Shown here piece after piece: positions 13,144 to 26,145 of a stretch of 64,000 nt of DNA. The translations under genes were made by a program, and so were the position numbers. The first letter of the stretch is position 1. The number at the start of each line of letters is the position of its first letter. This DNA is from Chrysomallon squamiferum (taxonomy: Eukaryota; Animalia; Mollusca): assembly GCA_012295275.1 (NCBI GenBank), contig CM022679.1, positions 23,498,001-23,562,000 on the forward strand. The letters are read 5' to 3'. The notes beneath the pieces were generated by a model, which was given only the letters and a program-made list of their open reading frames with translations, was not told the DNA's origin and did no database searches.

Positions 13144-13395
13144 ATGGGGATCAGGTATATTTATGATGTTTACTTATTAAAGAGTGATATTAAAGAGGAT
13201 CAAGTATATTTATAATAATTATTTAGTGGAGTGTTGTGTTATTATATGGATTTAAGGTATTTATAATAAGTTGTGTTATATGGGGATCAGGTGTATTTAT
13301 AATTAATTGTTTGAGAATAGAGTTATTTGATGATCAAGAATTTTAATAACATTTAATTATTTGAAGTAGAGTTATTATAGGGATCACAATAATTA
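13144..13395. repeat. Degenerate ~50-bp minisatellite, about 6 units with core (G)GGATCARGTATATTTAT
   Basis: Repeated ggatca(g/a)gt(a/g)tatttata...gttat units seen directly between the Canopy-like and IFT70 3' ends. Confidence 0.65.
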
Positions 13396-15234
13396 ATTAA
13401 GAGCTGTGTTAAAATCTAAACTGGAAAAGCAAAATAATTAACTAACTGGAAATAGATAACTAGGAAACAAGAATTCTGTCCCAGAAAATATACATCAGTA
13501 AGTAAAATATGTAATTTAATAATATTCAGATTGGTGCTCAAAGTTAATGATAAAATGATAAATCTGTATGATTATGTTACTACTGCCATTAAGCATTTTC
13601 ATTTTTAAAGCTTTTAGATAAGATGTCATTTGTAAATATTTCATTATAAAGTTTTAAAATAATTGATATTATGATATTAACTTAACCAGCATCCACTGAT
13701 TAAAGAATGTTTTCACTAAACAAAAAGCTGAACTGAATCAGTTTGTGATAATACCAAGTAATTTTGTTAATTTATATCTCCTCACAATAAAATTAAAGAC
13801 ACTCGCATAGCAAGGATGCCCCTTTAATTGATTTAATTCTCTGTACGTCTTAATTTAATTTTCAACAAACATTTTTGATAGAGAGGTTTCAAACCTTTTT
13901 GACAAATATTTGTGAAATGTGTCAGTATTTTATACATTTTTTGCAGTCAGTTTTGTTTGTATGAATTTTTTTTATACATTTTATATCTCAATACACGTAG
14001 TTACTGTGTAATATAGCTAGCAATCTGTGTTACTAAATTTCTGTGATATTATATATTTTTGTTTTTAATAAAACTTAAACTTAACTTTTTTCTTTGTTGT
14101 TCATTATTCCCCTTTGTTTTTTCAATGTTTTTTGTTACTTATTTATTTTTGTATCTTTTTTTTATTCATTTGTTATTTAAACCATTCAAATTTCATATAA
14201 AAATAAAAAAGGCCAAAGAAAATCAGAGTAAAAATAAACCCCAAAAAACTAAAGTAAGCAAGTTTACAAAAATACACCAATATTGTTTTGACTGAAAAAG
14301 AAAACCTGATATTATCGTACAACTATTGTTAACTGTTAACAAGGAATCTTTTTTCATACAAATTTTCCACAGAAATGAATCTATTACAGTTTTTATGATA
14401 CTGACAAATCATTGATAAGAATACTTTACTATGATTTTAATTTTTAAAAGCTTCCATAAACTGTAAATACTAGGCCATTTTATTTTATTTACTATCTTTT
14501 AATTTTAACTTCACCTATAAATTCTTTTATTGCTAATTCATTCTTCATCTATACATGTTATATAGTGATTAAAAATATATATAGACTTTAGCATCAAAAA
14601 AGTACATTTAAAAAAAAAAATGACAAAACAAAGTTATGACTTCACAATATTTTAATATAAATAAATACATTTTTTATACATAAATATACAAACTCTCAAA
14701 AACAAAAATATTAAATGTGACAGACGTGAATTTCATCTGCTTCACATGCGCTAAGAATTACAGGACGGAATGAATTTTATTCTGAGTTTATTAAGTATTT
14801 GTTTTGAATATGAAAATCTTTCTTTCAGGTACTCTTGTCCCTTGAATATCTGCTCATATCACATCACCAGAAAAGAATTTTGGAAAAGAAATACAATACT
14901 TTGATAATCAGTGTAAAATGTATGACAGTAAAATTCTTTAACTTTTATTAAAGCCTGCAAATACTGGAGAAATTAAATTTTGAGTATCATTTAAATGTCC
15001 ATTAAAAGATCAGTCATAAAGTCTAAATGTAAATAACCAGAACATTTTAATTTTAACTAGTAACTTTCAGTATTATTTGGTTTCAAAATAGGTAAATTTG
15101 AATATTTTCCAAAAATAACAATTAAACGGTCTGATTAATAATTGCAGTGTCATCTGAATAATCATTTGCCAGGTTTTAAATGTCAACTATTTAAAAATGA
15201 ATAATTTTAACTAGGGTCTAAGTATGGATGGATT

Positions 15235-18200
15235 TCAGTTAAGTTGAAGTAAAAGACTTTTCAACAAGCGAGCTTCATATGCAACAGTATTCTTCCCAGG
15301 ATGCATTGGTTCTTCCTCCAGTGGTTGTTCTATTACAGCCTTCACATCACGACCATACACTGTGGAAAATACAAAAATTATGTAAAAGATTTGATTTTAC
15401 TGCTGCATGTAGTTATTGCCTCATGACATGAATGAAAACAAATACTCTTAAAATAAATAAACAAATACTTACATTCACAGCACTCTAAGAACTGGATGCA
15501 CTCTTGGACGACTGCATCTCTGATCATGATCATGTGTTTGGCCATGTTTTCTATCAGTGATAAAAAGTTACGTTTGGCGTAGAACCACGTGTCTGTTCCC
15601 AGCTTCTTGTTGTATGGTTCCAGACTTTTTATCACTCTTGAAATACCAAACTCATAGTTGCCTTTAGCACAGTACAGTGTCCTGATAGAAAACAATAAAT
15701 ATTAAAACAACACATATGAATTAAGACACCTTGTTATTAATATCTGAAATTTTCTTTAGATTAAAAATGTTGACTTTTAAAATACCAAATTCTAAACTGA
15801 TGCTATGTTACCTGGATTTGTGTAACACTATGATTACTTGGTTATTTGCAAGTCAGTCTAATGTATTACACATTTTTTAATTAAAGGCTGTTGTTACATG
15901 TTTTCATATCTCAGAAAGATTCTTTACTGCTAACACCAAACCATGTACTGAATGTAGTAAGCTTTATCTTTCAGTTTATGATCATAACCAAAATATTCCT
16001 GACATCTGTTAACCAATGATACGGGTATATGTGAAGATATTAAATAATTTGACATTCACACATACTCACCCTATGACCAAGTTAACAATACAGAGATGAT
16101 AAATCTTTTTGTCTGGATCCTGATAAGCTACTCTCTCTTCTTCCTTTTCTATCTTCCTCATCAGTTCTTCAGCCTACATAAATAAATAAATAAATACACT
16201 GAAGTGAAGTGAAATTTATATATTCACAAAACAAAAGGAACGCTCTAGTGAATGTAGTTTATTTTCTCTACAAATGCTACTTTAAAAAAAAGTTATAACA
16301 GTATTATAAATATTATTTCCTTTTTAAGAAAGCATTTTTATGATAAATGAATACTTTTTTCTCTCACTTCTGAACTCCACATAGATCATTCTCTTGTAAT
16401 ACGTCTAGAATTCACTTACCTCTTCATTTTGACTTGTCATGATGTATGATACACACAGATTGGCTAATACACTTGCACTGACACTCAACAGCTGAAAAAT
16501 TATAAATTAGTATGTACTTAAAAATAAATAAAACACATAAGTAAATAAACATATAATAACTGGCAACATAAGAAAACAATTAATTTAATTAATTAATAAA
16601 CTTACATCATCATAATTCTTTTTAACAATGGGCTCATAAAACCCAGTGGCCTCTTTGTACTTGTTTTCCTGCATGAATAAAACATGAGCAACATTGAGTT
16701 TCCACACATCATGTTCGTTACAGAACTCGACAGACTTGCGGAATATTTTTTCCACTTGTTGGTAATTTTCCATTTCCCAGTATATCTTTGCCTGCTGCAT
16801 CAAGATGGGAATAAACCTGCAAGGAAAAATGAATAAGCAAATGAATTAATAAACAAATGAATGTATGAATATCCTTATTTATTTTAATTCAACAGGATAT
16901 GGAATATCCATTCCTTGCCTTGGTCAGAGATAGTAATAAAAATACCATGGATATTATTTTTCAGATTGTTTGTTTTTGCTTTGTATTTTATTTATTTTCT
17001 TAATTACCAGATAAGTTTACTGTTATGAACACCTTTTGGCTATCGTAATTCTAATATTGTTGTGTTGTGTTTTAAAAACATTACCTTTCCAAAACTTCAT
17101 CATAATCATTTACAGCTCTCTTCACTGCATCGTCATCATGGTTTTGTCTTGCCTCTTGTACCTAGCAATAAAATAAAACATACATGTAATTAAAACATCT
17201 ACACAACAGAAAACTATCAGCATAGATTAAATAATTTTTCAATAAAGATTCAAAAAAACAGATAACAATAATAATCTTCTGAAATACATATACATTCACA
17301 TAATATTATTTCTTCATGAGCTGGCATGATTCAATGTTTTTGAGCCCAGCATAATACTAGATTTCAAATTTTTTTCAAACATGACTTCGCATATATAATG
17401 TGTATTTTTTTAAAATATATTAAAAAAATTAAATCATGTCACCTGTTTTGTTAGTTTTCTTAAAGTTTCTGTCTGTTTTGTTGCCATTTCATCAAGTTTT
17501 CTATATGCTTCTTCTGGAGATGTTTGTCTTGTAATCACAGCCTCAAGAAAGTCATACAAATACTACAAAAGAAATATAATAAAACACATAATATAAAAAT
17601 ATTTTTGAATCCCACATACAATACATTAAATTGACCTTCAAATATAGATTGAACTATTATTACAAATACATTGAAATTGTTTTACCAAGTACTAAATTTG
17701 ATTTTTAAAATATATCTAATTATTAATGTTTTTTTCAAATATATTAAATTGAATTTTTATCTTTATATCTCTCAAATGACAAAATGCATATTAGTTTTGG
17801 GTTTTATTAAATATGAAACTTTAAAAACAAACTGCAAAATTATTTATCTCAACACTTTCTATAATAATAAGTAATTGAAAAAAAAACTTACTGGTGTTAG
17901 ATACTTGTATGTTAAATGAGCATTTTCTGCCAAAACATCTGCTGCTAAGTCATAGTACTGAAAATAAAATAGCAAAAAAATATATATTAGATTTTATTTA
18001 TACTTAAATTAATATGAATTAAGAATGACTAGCCAGATATATATATATATATATATATATATAAGGCATCTGTACATTAGAAGTAATCCAAAGTCCACAT
18101 GAATTCATTTAATCATGACAATGACTATTATATGTTCAGTTTATTCTCTAAACTATAAAACAAAATAAATAAATAAATATAATAAATAATGCAATGCCAT

Positions 18201-21135
18201 ACAGTTTTCCCTAAAACACTATATTAATTATAGTTAGTTCTGACAACTGGTCTACAAAAACAGATCACAAACTGTTTATTTATTATACCTCATATTTAAT
18301 ATACAGTAGCAACAGATTTCCAAAAGTTTCTGGTGGAAAAGGATTCTGCTGAAGTAAAAACTGCATTTTCTGGAATCCCTGTGTGGGCTGCTGGTCCATG
18401 TTCATAAGTGCCTGGTTGTGTAGTGACACTGCGTCAAGTTCCTCCTCCGACCGAGGAGGCATGTCTGTTAATGCCTCACAAGCTGCCTCATCTTAATCAA
18501 AGAGAAAGATATTTGTGACTACATCTTTGCTCTCACATCATCCTGTGAAAGCATTTTATTATCAGAATTGTAAAGTGATTCTAGTGGAAGGTGGATTTTT
18601 TTTTTTAACGGATTAAAAATGCTGTTCTAAAAGAAGTTTTTTTAAAGATCAAAATGCATATTTCTAATAAGGAGTTTAGTAAGGCAATGATTGGGTTTTA
18701 GTGCAATATGGGAAACCTTACAGGATTAGATCACTCAAACCATGACACCCAAATCTTAAGAATTTATAATGCAGTGTATATAACATACATGCTGTACCGT
18801 ATTTAAATATTAAAAAGCAATGCCTGATGGAATGATTCTATAAAAGGAAGGTATTGGTTATGAACTATCTTCATATGAAAAACATGCTAATTTAATTAAA
18901 ATTAAATTAGATAACTTTTTTAGATATTTCTCATTGATTAGTCCTCTGACATTATATAAATATTGTTTAAAGATACTAACAATTTCTCAGCTGGTACTCA
19001 ATGGCTGCCTTCAAATTAAAAGCTTCAATCAAAGCAGTTTCATGTAGTGTTAGTGAATTTCCTACACTTCGAACATCAATGCCCTCTGTTGTCATGCCAA
19101 CACTAAGTTCTGCAAGACAATAAATATTTATCAATATAATTTTACTGTTTACTCTTTTAATAGAGATAACAAATTTTATACTGCAGATAGAAACACTGTT
19201 ATGTATTCAACAGTCACTGAAATAGTTTGACACAATAGTTTATATTGCTATCGTTACAAAAGTAAATGTTATTTAGATAGAAGATAACAATAACCTCACA
19301 AAATAATTCTGACTAAAGCAGAACTAAGATGTTTAATTGAGAAACAAACAAAAGTGAACTTCTAACTTTTCAATTACAGCAAACGGAAAATTAACTGGAT
19401 ATATGGTAATTAAGCAAACATTTATCAAGTATAATATAAAAATTTTATTTCTTAATCTTACAAAGACAAAGTTGTTTTAAATAATATATTTTCCTAAATA
19501 AGCAACTTCAAGAATTCTTTAGTCTTTAGATTTTATATATGTATGTATGAATTTGTCTCAGAATCTAACATGACTTTTAGTGTTAGTTACAGTCATCAAT
19601 ATTAACTAAAACTTTCAGAATTATCACATTTCACACAAACCAGGATGTTCACGAATTCCTCTCTCAATAATGTCTGCAATGTGTTTTAGTGCTGGTGCAT
19701 ACTGCTTCATCATGTAGTGACACAGGGCAATGTTGTAGGACATGTCTGATCGATAGCCAAGAATCTGCATCGCTGTTGTGAATTTCTGACAAGCTTCCTC
19801 AAAACGGCCTTCCTGCAATTTAGAATGTTTTAAAAATTTATAATATAATAGTATAATGCAAAGATCTTTTGGGATCAGTCTGGTACACAATTTGTATTAT
19901 ACAACTAACATTTATCAATTTAAACATGTAAACTATGTGATATTTTTTGGTGTATATAAATTTAGATAGATAAGAAATTTTAAATCACCAATAACAATAT
20001 ATTTTTATATACTGCAAATATATTAAACATCTGCTTTTGAAATATGACTTGAATGTACACCTTTTGTAATCACATAAAATTAATATAAAAATTCATTGAA
20101 TTCTGCTGAGTTTTGAAATGGTACAAGTTAATGTACCTTAAATAAAAGACATCCGAAGTTGCTCTCAGTATCAGGATCATCTGATGGACACTGTTCAACC
20201 AGACTCTACAATCATAATTAAAAAATAATATAAAAAATAAATAAAATCTGAAATATTTTTTTATTAAACTTAAATACATGAAATAATCATTTTAAAATTA
20301 TAAAGCATCATCTTTGAAATAAATGCATTAATGTAAAGAAAATTACATAAAAAATGATTTGAAACATTTGTTGTGCACAATCAATTATTGAAAGAGTAAA
20401 AATTAATCACTTTTAATATGTTTCACAAACCAAAAGACCCACAATTTTATTTGATTGTGTATAAAGTAATACCTTAGCTCCTGGAAGATCTTCTTCACCA
20501 TACTTTATAGCAGCTTGCAATTTTGTAATCTATAATTAAATTTAGAAAAACATATAACAGTTATATATTTTTAATGTAATAAACAACAATAATTAAAAGC
20601 AAATTTATATTTTCAGTTTAATTGTAGGAATATAACCATTATAAATAAACCAGATAGTCTTAACTATAAGAACTACCAACATTCAGTGCAGGATTTTAAA
20701 AACCCCCATTATTTTGTGGCTTGGGTGTAAAGAAGGGGAGGTAAGTTTAAACTGTTTTGTTTCAGAAATAATATTTTCTACAACTATCATATTAATAAAA
20801 AAAACTATTAACATGACTAAACTGATTACTTACTTGACCATGGTATTCTCGATTATCAATCTGACAAGCCACTTTCATTGCCTCTTGATAGAGACAAGCT
20901 TTGTACAGTGACTGTGCATAGTGAAGTTTGTACTCTTCCACTTCGGGATGCATAAATGTTAACTGTTCATAGCAATCAGATGCATTGACAAAGTCCTGTT
21001 GTTGATAATAACAGTATGCCAGCAAAGACAATGCAGCCCTAGACTATAATAAAGACAAAACTTCAGAATGTCATATGAAATGAAACATCTTTGAATGGGT
21101 CTCTAAATGAAAATACTTTTTCTGAAGAGCATTAG

Positions 21136-21173
<38 letters not shown>

Positions 21174-22060
21174 CAAACAAACTGAACACAAAGACTTCCA
21201 TTTAACATACTATGGAAGTAATAAGAAAGCCCCATTCATATGTATAGATTACAAACGGAAATTACATGAAATAAATAAACAAACACAGATAGATAGATAG
21301 ATACATAGAGATACACAACTGTTACCAACAGCCCTTCTTTTTTCATTCTTAGTCTATTTAATGTCATTAAGGACCACAGAAAAAAATAAAAATTAAATAA
21401 ATATAAAATTAAAAAATTATATTACAAATGGTAACAAAGAACTTACTTTAGGGTGACTCTGTAGCTGATTGTTCAATATCTGAACAGCTTCTTTGTAACG
21501 CTGATCTTTGATCTAAAATTACATATTGTCATTGGAAATATGAAATTGTAAATTATGAATCTATTTGCTATTTAATCTGTTACATTATACATTAGATAAA
21601 CAAACTATTATAATTAATAAATAAATAAATAAATAGCATGTAATAAGAACCTTTTTTCCGAAATACAGTTAAATACACATGTGACAGTTACATCTGGCAT
21701 TCTTAAGCAAGTTAAGGTTAATAATACCTGAATCATTTAATGATAATACATTTATTTAACGTACAGTTCTAAACAAAGAGAACTGTTAAATTTAGACTGG
21801 ATTATAAAATCCATTCTCTATCATAATAATGTTTAATGAACAGATTATTATTATCATAGTTAAAATGTTATTTTCTAAGAGCATTTTCTTTATTGATTTA
21901 ATATGATTTACGATTAAATTTTAGCAAACTGCATTCAGCATTGTATTAATATTTTAATAAAATAATAATTGGACAAATAACCTACTTTAATTTATTATTA
22001 ACTTACATGTCCATATATTGTCGATGTATATTCTCCTTCTTTTAACTGAATATGTGACAT
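15235..22060 (-). CDS. IFT70: Intraflagellar transport protein 70 / TTC30 (DYF-1/fleer), ~647 aa, 16 exons
   Basis: Exons 22060-22007, 21512-21447, 21043-20834, 20529-20473, 20205-20137, 19812-19641, 19109-18981, 18491-18289, 17957-17892, 17562-17443, 17161-17085, 16816-16606, 16491-16420, 16173-16070, 15681-15473, 15359-15235 give a continuous frame with TTC30 motifs HPELSVGMTTEGIDVRSVGNS, DMPPRSEEELD, WKLNVAHVLFMQ, GTLYCAKGNYEFGISRVIKSLEPYNKKLGTDTW and GKNTVAYEARLLK. Confidence 0.96.
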
Positions 22061-22552
22061 TTATTATTTTTGCAAAAACATAAACTTAAAATATGTTTGT
22101 TGTCAATGGAATGCTATCTACTTATCCTTTTATTTGTTACGCATTTATTCCTCAAAATGCAAATGAGTGAAAATCAGCCAATGGCAAGTTCTGTAAGGGA
22201 GTTAACTCTAATTCAATACATATATATATATATACAACGTGTTTACGATTTTGTAAAACACATGTGTAGGTTATCTGTTTATAATTCTATATAAATTTTG
22301 ATGTTCTTTATAAACATATATTTTATGATATATAGAAAAATATATTTTCCTAGTCGTTTATAACATTTAATTTCTCATACATAATAATTAATATGTGAAT
22401 AATTCATTTAAAATGTTAAAACTAACTTAATAACTACTGAACGTTATTATATATATTACTCATTTTACTGTTAACTTATTATTAGTATTATTTATTTAAT
22501 TATTAATGCATAGCAACTTTGGTTATATTTATTGTTTTTTACACTTTTTCAG
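22061..22552. promoter_or_regulatory. Bidirectional promoter region IFT70 / C7orf50-like
   Basis: Head-to-head ATGs at 22060 and 22668; X-box-like GTTGTCAATGGAA 22099-22111, CCAAT box (agccaatg ~22176), AAGGGAGTTAACTCT 22195-22209; plus-strand acceptor at 22552. Confidence 0.65.
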
Positions 22553-22667
22553 GTTTATGCACATAGTCTTCCTCTAAATTGAATCAGTATACAAATCACT
22601 GTTGTTTTTAGAAAAGAAAAAGAAGAAAACAGTTTAGTATAACTATATGTGATAATTTATATGAATT

Positions 22668-24418
22668 ATGACTAAACAAGACAAGTTGCCAGATGTTGAC
22701 CCTATTACTGAAGACATAATATTACGTAAAAAGATGAAGCATGAGCATAAATCAAAGAAGAAAGAACAAAGTAAAGTGATTGAAAATGAGAAAAAACTTG
22801 ATATTATTGATGAAGATGATAAAGAACTAAAAGTTAAAGAGAAGAAAAAGAAACATAAAAATAATGGAATGGGCATAGTAGAGGGCAGTGTTTCAACAGA
22901 TATGAATGAAATCAAGTTAAAACATAGCAAAGACAGTGAAATAGAACTATTAGTTAAAAAACATAAGAAAAAGCATAAAGGAAAAAGAGCAACTGATAAA
23001 ACAACTTTCAATGAGTCTCAGAATGGTGTGGATGTGGAAGAATATCCAGTTAAAAAGCATAAAAAAAGAAAACACAGAGACAAACATGATACTGGAGAAA
23101 CACAAAGAAAATGATAAAACCTAAAAAAGAGGAGTCAGTTAAAAAACATAAAAAAAGAAAACACAAAGACAAAAATGACACAGAAATAAAAGGTATAAGG
23201 GAAGAAAATGGAAATGATGTAGACAGTTTTGGAGAACATTCAGATAAAAAAAGAAAAAAAAGAAAACATAAAGACAAAACAAACAATGAAGAAATTCAAT
23301 CAACAGAAGCTAATGGAAAAGAAATAAGTAATACGACATGCAACAGCAGTTCACAAGAAATAGCAAATGCTGAAAAGAAACTTGGTTACACAGCAGAATA
23401 TTTTGGTGAGAAACCTGCAAAGACAAAAAAGAAGAAAAAGAATGAGAAGAAAATTAAATCAGACTCAAAAGAAAAGTCTGACCAGTTAGCAGATCCATCA
23501 AAGAAAGATGCAGCTCTTGAATACCTCAAACAGTGGAACTCACATCAGGATAAATGGAAATTCCAGAAAGTTCGGCAAGTTTGGCTTCTTCAGAATATGT
23601 TTTATGTCAATGAGGTGAGTTGAGTGCATTGTTTCAAGAGAAGTGTACTTTTTTTTTATTATACTGACCAGAAACATAAAAACATATTTTACATTTCAGG
23701 TTGCTTTATTTTTTAATAACAGTCAGTCTTTACTAACAATGATTTTAATCTTATGATGAGAGATTAGCATGTAATAGACCCTTATTACATAATTACTGTT
23801 ATGTTCGTATATATTTTACATCTTGTTTTTGTGCAACAGAACTTTATTTTGTAATTTTTGTCAGATTATAATCTTTTAAGAAATAAAAGTTATCATTAGT
23901 GTTTATAATATCAACTAATTAAAATTCCCACTGTCACATCTTTTCCATTAAAAGTTGTTTTGTATTTAGGTTCCAGATGAATCGTTCACCATCTTACTCT
24001 CATATATTGATGGACTAAAAGGAAAAGCAAGGGAGGCAACCATAGCAGATGCTGAAAAATGTCTACATTCACAGGAAAATGAAGGTGGTGACGAAAGCAC
24101 AACAGATATCAAAGGTAAACATATTTTGTTGTTTTCCCATTTATGGCTTTCTTGTTGCAGCCAGGGTAAAGTGAATTTGAATCCTTGTTTAATTATCTTT
24201 ATGATGTCTGATAGACCTTTAGAAAATTTAAAATATAAATACATTTTATTTTCAAAACTTTCATAATTTAAATTAAAACTTTTTTTTTTTTTTTGGGATA
24301 TATAATCAGTGATATAATTTATCAAAAATTAGTTTATGAATTTCTTTATAGTTTTTCTTACTTTTCAGATCCTTTGAAGTATGAAAGAGCCAGAAAAATA
24401 CTACAAGCTTTATCTTGA
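22668..24418 (+). CDS. C7orf50: C7orf50-like (WKF-domain) lysine-rich, probably nucleolar protein; frame break near 23090-23114
   Basis: Exons 22668-23614 (two ORFs, 22668-23114 and 23111-), 23970-24114, 24369-24418. Motif ALEYLKQWNSHQDKWKFQKVRQVWLLQNMF..VPDESFTILLSYIDGLKGKAR..YERARKILQALS* matches the WKF family; N-terminus has four KKHKKRKH-type repeats on both sides of the break. Confidence 0.85.
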
Positions 24419-24560
24419 TCATTTTTAAATAAAAAATTATATTCAAATATATTATTTTGTTGTTATATAATTAATCTTTATGACTAATCACAAAGCATAA
24501 AAATATATAAAAACATTAAATAAAATTTCAAAATATCTATTTATTACAAAATATTTTCAG

Positions 24561-25430
24561 TTATTCTAGAGGTCCTAGAATATATTCTAGCTGTTTTTTG
24601 TCCAGAACTTTGTATTGATTTAAAAATATAATGAACGTCTGGTCACTGCTATATGTTCTGATTATGCTGTAGAACCGTTTAGCACTCTCCGACATGTCCA
24701 TCAGTGGGATTAGATCATCAGGTGACAAGTACACATCCTTCCTCTTTCCCCAGAATGTCAGGTGTGACAAGCGCACATGGCTGGTTTCCTTGGAAACACT
24801 AATCATTCCAACAACTCTTCTGAAATACAAACTCATTATGTAGAGCATGACACAGGCTAGAGAGGTAATTCCAAACATTGCATACATGTCCACAGTTGAA
24901 ATGTTTCCTAAACTGTGTAAGTAAACTGTCGGAGGGATGGCAAAGATTGTTATAAGTGTCTGATAAATCTTCATTCTGGACAGAACTCTGGTGTGGACAA
25001 TGTATTTGAAAATGTAACATGGTTCATACTTGGCTTCAGAAGGGTTAAAATTTTCAGATGTACAAAATGACGAGTTCAAAGTATGGTGAAAATACCTTAA
25101 TGGTTTTTTCTTGCAGTTTAACAGTGATGGCTGACTATTCAGAATTTGAACATCTGGTATATGTTCTGTAGTAACATTTCTACAAAGAGATACATCAGTA
25201 TTTTGATAACAATTTAATCTCTTTATGCTTTCAAGCTTTTCTGGAATTTCTTTGTATGTCTGCTGTTTTTCACGTATCTTTGAAGCTGTTCTGCTTTTGT
25301 CCAGCCACAGTCTAGAAAATGTATTTTTTTCTACATGTTTTGAACATTTGGTGAGATGAACAAATCGACTAAAAGTCAGGTTTCCAAGATGTTTCTTCCA
25401 TGTCTGACAAGTCTGAAATGGAGTCTTCAT
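24561..25430 (-). CDS. TMEM186: TMEM186 (TMEM70/186/223 family mitochondrial inner-membrane protein), 289 aa, single coding exon
   Basis: ORF with basic presequence-like N-terminus, IFKYIVHTRVLSRMKIYQT, two TM segments, and VRLSHLTFWGKRKD; 5'UTR intron inferred from acceptor at 25436 and donor at 25904. Confidence 0.9.
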   Translation of the reverse strand: MKTPFQTCQTWKKHLGNLTFSRFVHLTKCSKHVEKNTFSRLWLDKSRTASKIREKQQTYKEIPEKLESIKRLNCYQNTDVSLCRNVTTEHIPDVQILNSQPSLLNCKKKPLRYFHHTLNSSFCTSENFNPSEAKYEPCYIFKYIVHTRVLSRMKIYQTLITIFAIPPTVYLHSLGNISTVDMYAMFGITSLACVMLYIMSLYFRRVVGMISVSKETSHVRLSHLTFWGKRKDVYLSPDDLIPLMDMSESAKRFYSIIRTYSSDQTFIIFLNQYKVLDKKQLEYILGPLE

Positions 25431-25989
25431 TTGAACTAAAAATAATAAATTATGTTAAATAAAAATTTTGTTATATAATGTAATTAACTTTTAAAAGCTG
25501 AATCTTCTTTAATCTCACTTTTGGATTCTAATATTTGAAATTATTTATTATATAAAAATCAGTTATTGTATAAAGTTTGCTTTAATTTACAAGATTACTT
25601 TATAGTACTAATAAACTTATAAAGGTCATTTGCAATACAGAAATAATGGCAATTTGAATTCAGTTGTAATGTATTACAGGCATTTAAATTAGTAATAATT
25701 AATCAATAATTTATAACAAAATTTAATATTTTTAACAAATAATATCTAGAGAGGGAGAGAGAGAGATATAATAAAATATTACGACAGTTAATAGTTCAGT
25801 ACACCTAGAGAATGAAAGTGGGTGAAACCTCTACCGACAAAGCATAGACCAAAAGTCTAAACTTAGATTACCAGCGTCAAAATAACAAACGGCAGATTAC
25901 TTACAAGCAGATATAGAAAGTGACAACTTATTTAGGACACCAGCTAGTATCTATAATTTATTCTTTTTGCGTTACAAGTATTATGTTTG

Positions 25990-26145
25990 TTATTTAAATC
26001 CAAAGCACGTCGTTTCCTAATGTCACTCGCAACACGCTTATATTGCGAAAACAGGACTACTTCCGGTCTTCTGTAAGTTCTTGTTACTGCACTGTTCGTT
26101 ACAGGCTTTAGAATGCACCCAGAAAAATTCGGGTTCGTGTAATGA
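25990..26145. promoter_or_regulatory. CpG-containing promoter of TMEM186
   Basis: Local CpG cluster in otherwise CpG-poor DNA, ETS motif ACTTCCGG 26059-26066, just upstream of the TMEM186 5'UTR exon. Confidence 0.55.

Noticed and set aside
22643-23286. Hydrophobic minus-strand ORFs (122 and 78 aa), and 23966-24325
   Set aside because: Antisense shadows of the Lys-rich C7orf50-like exons.
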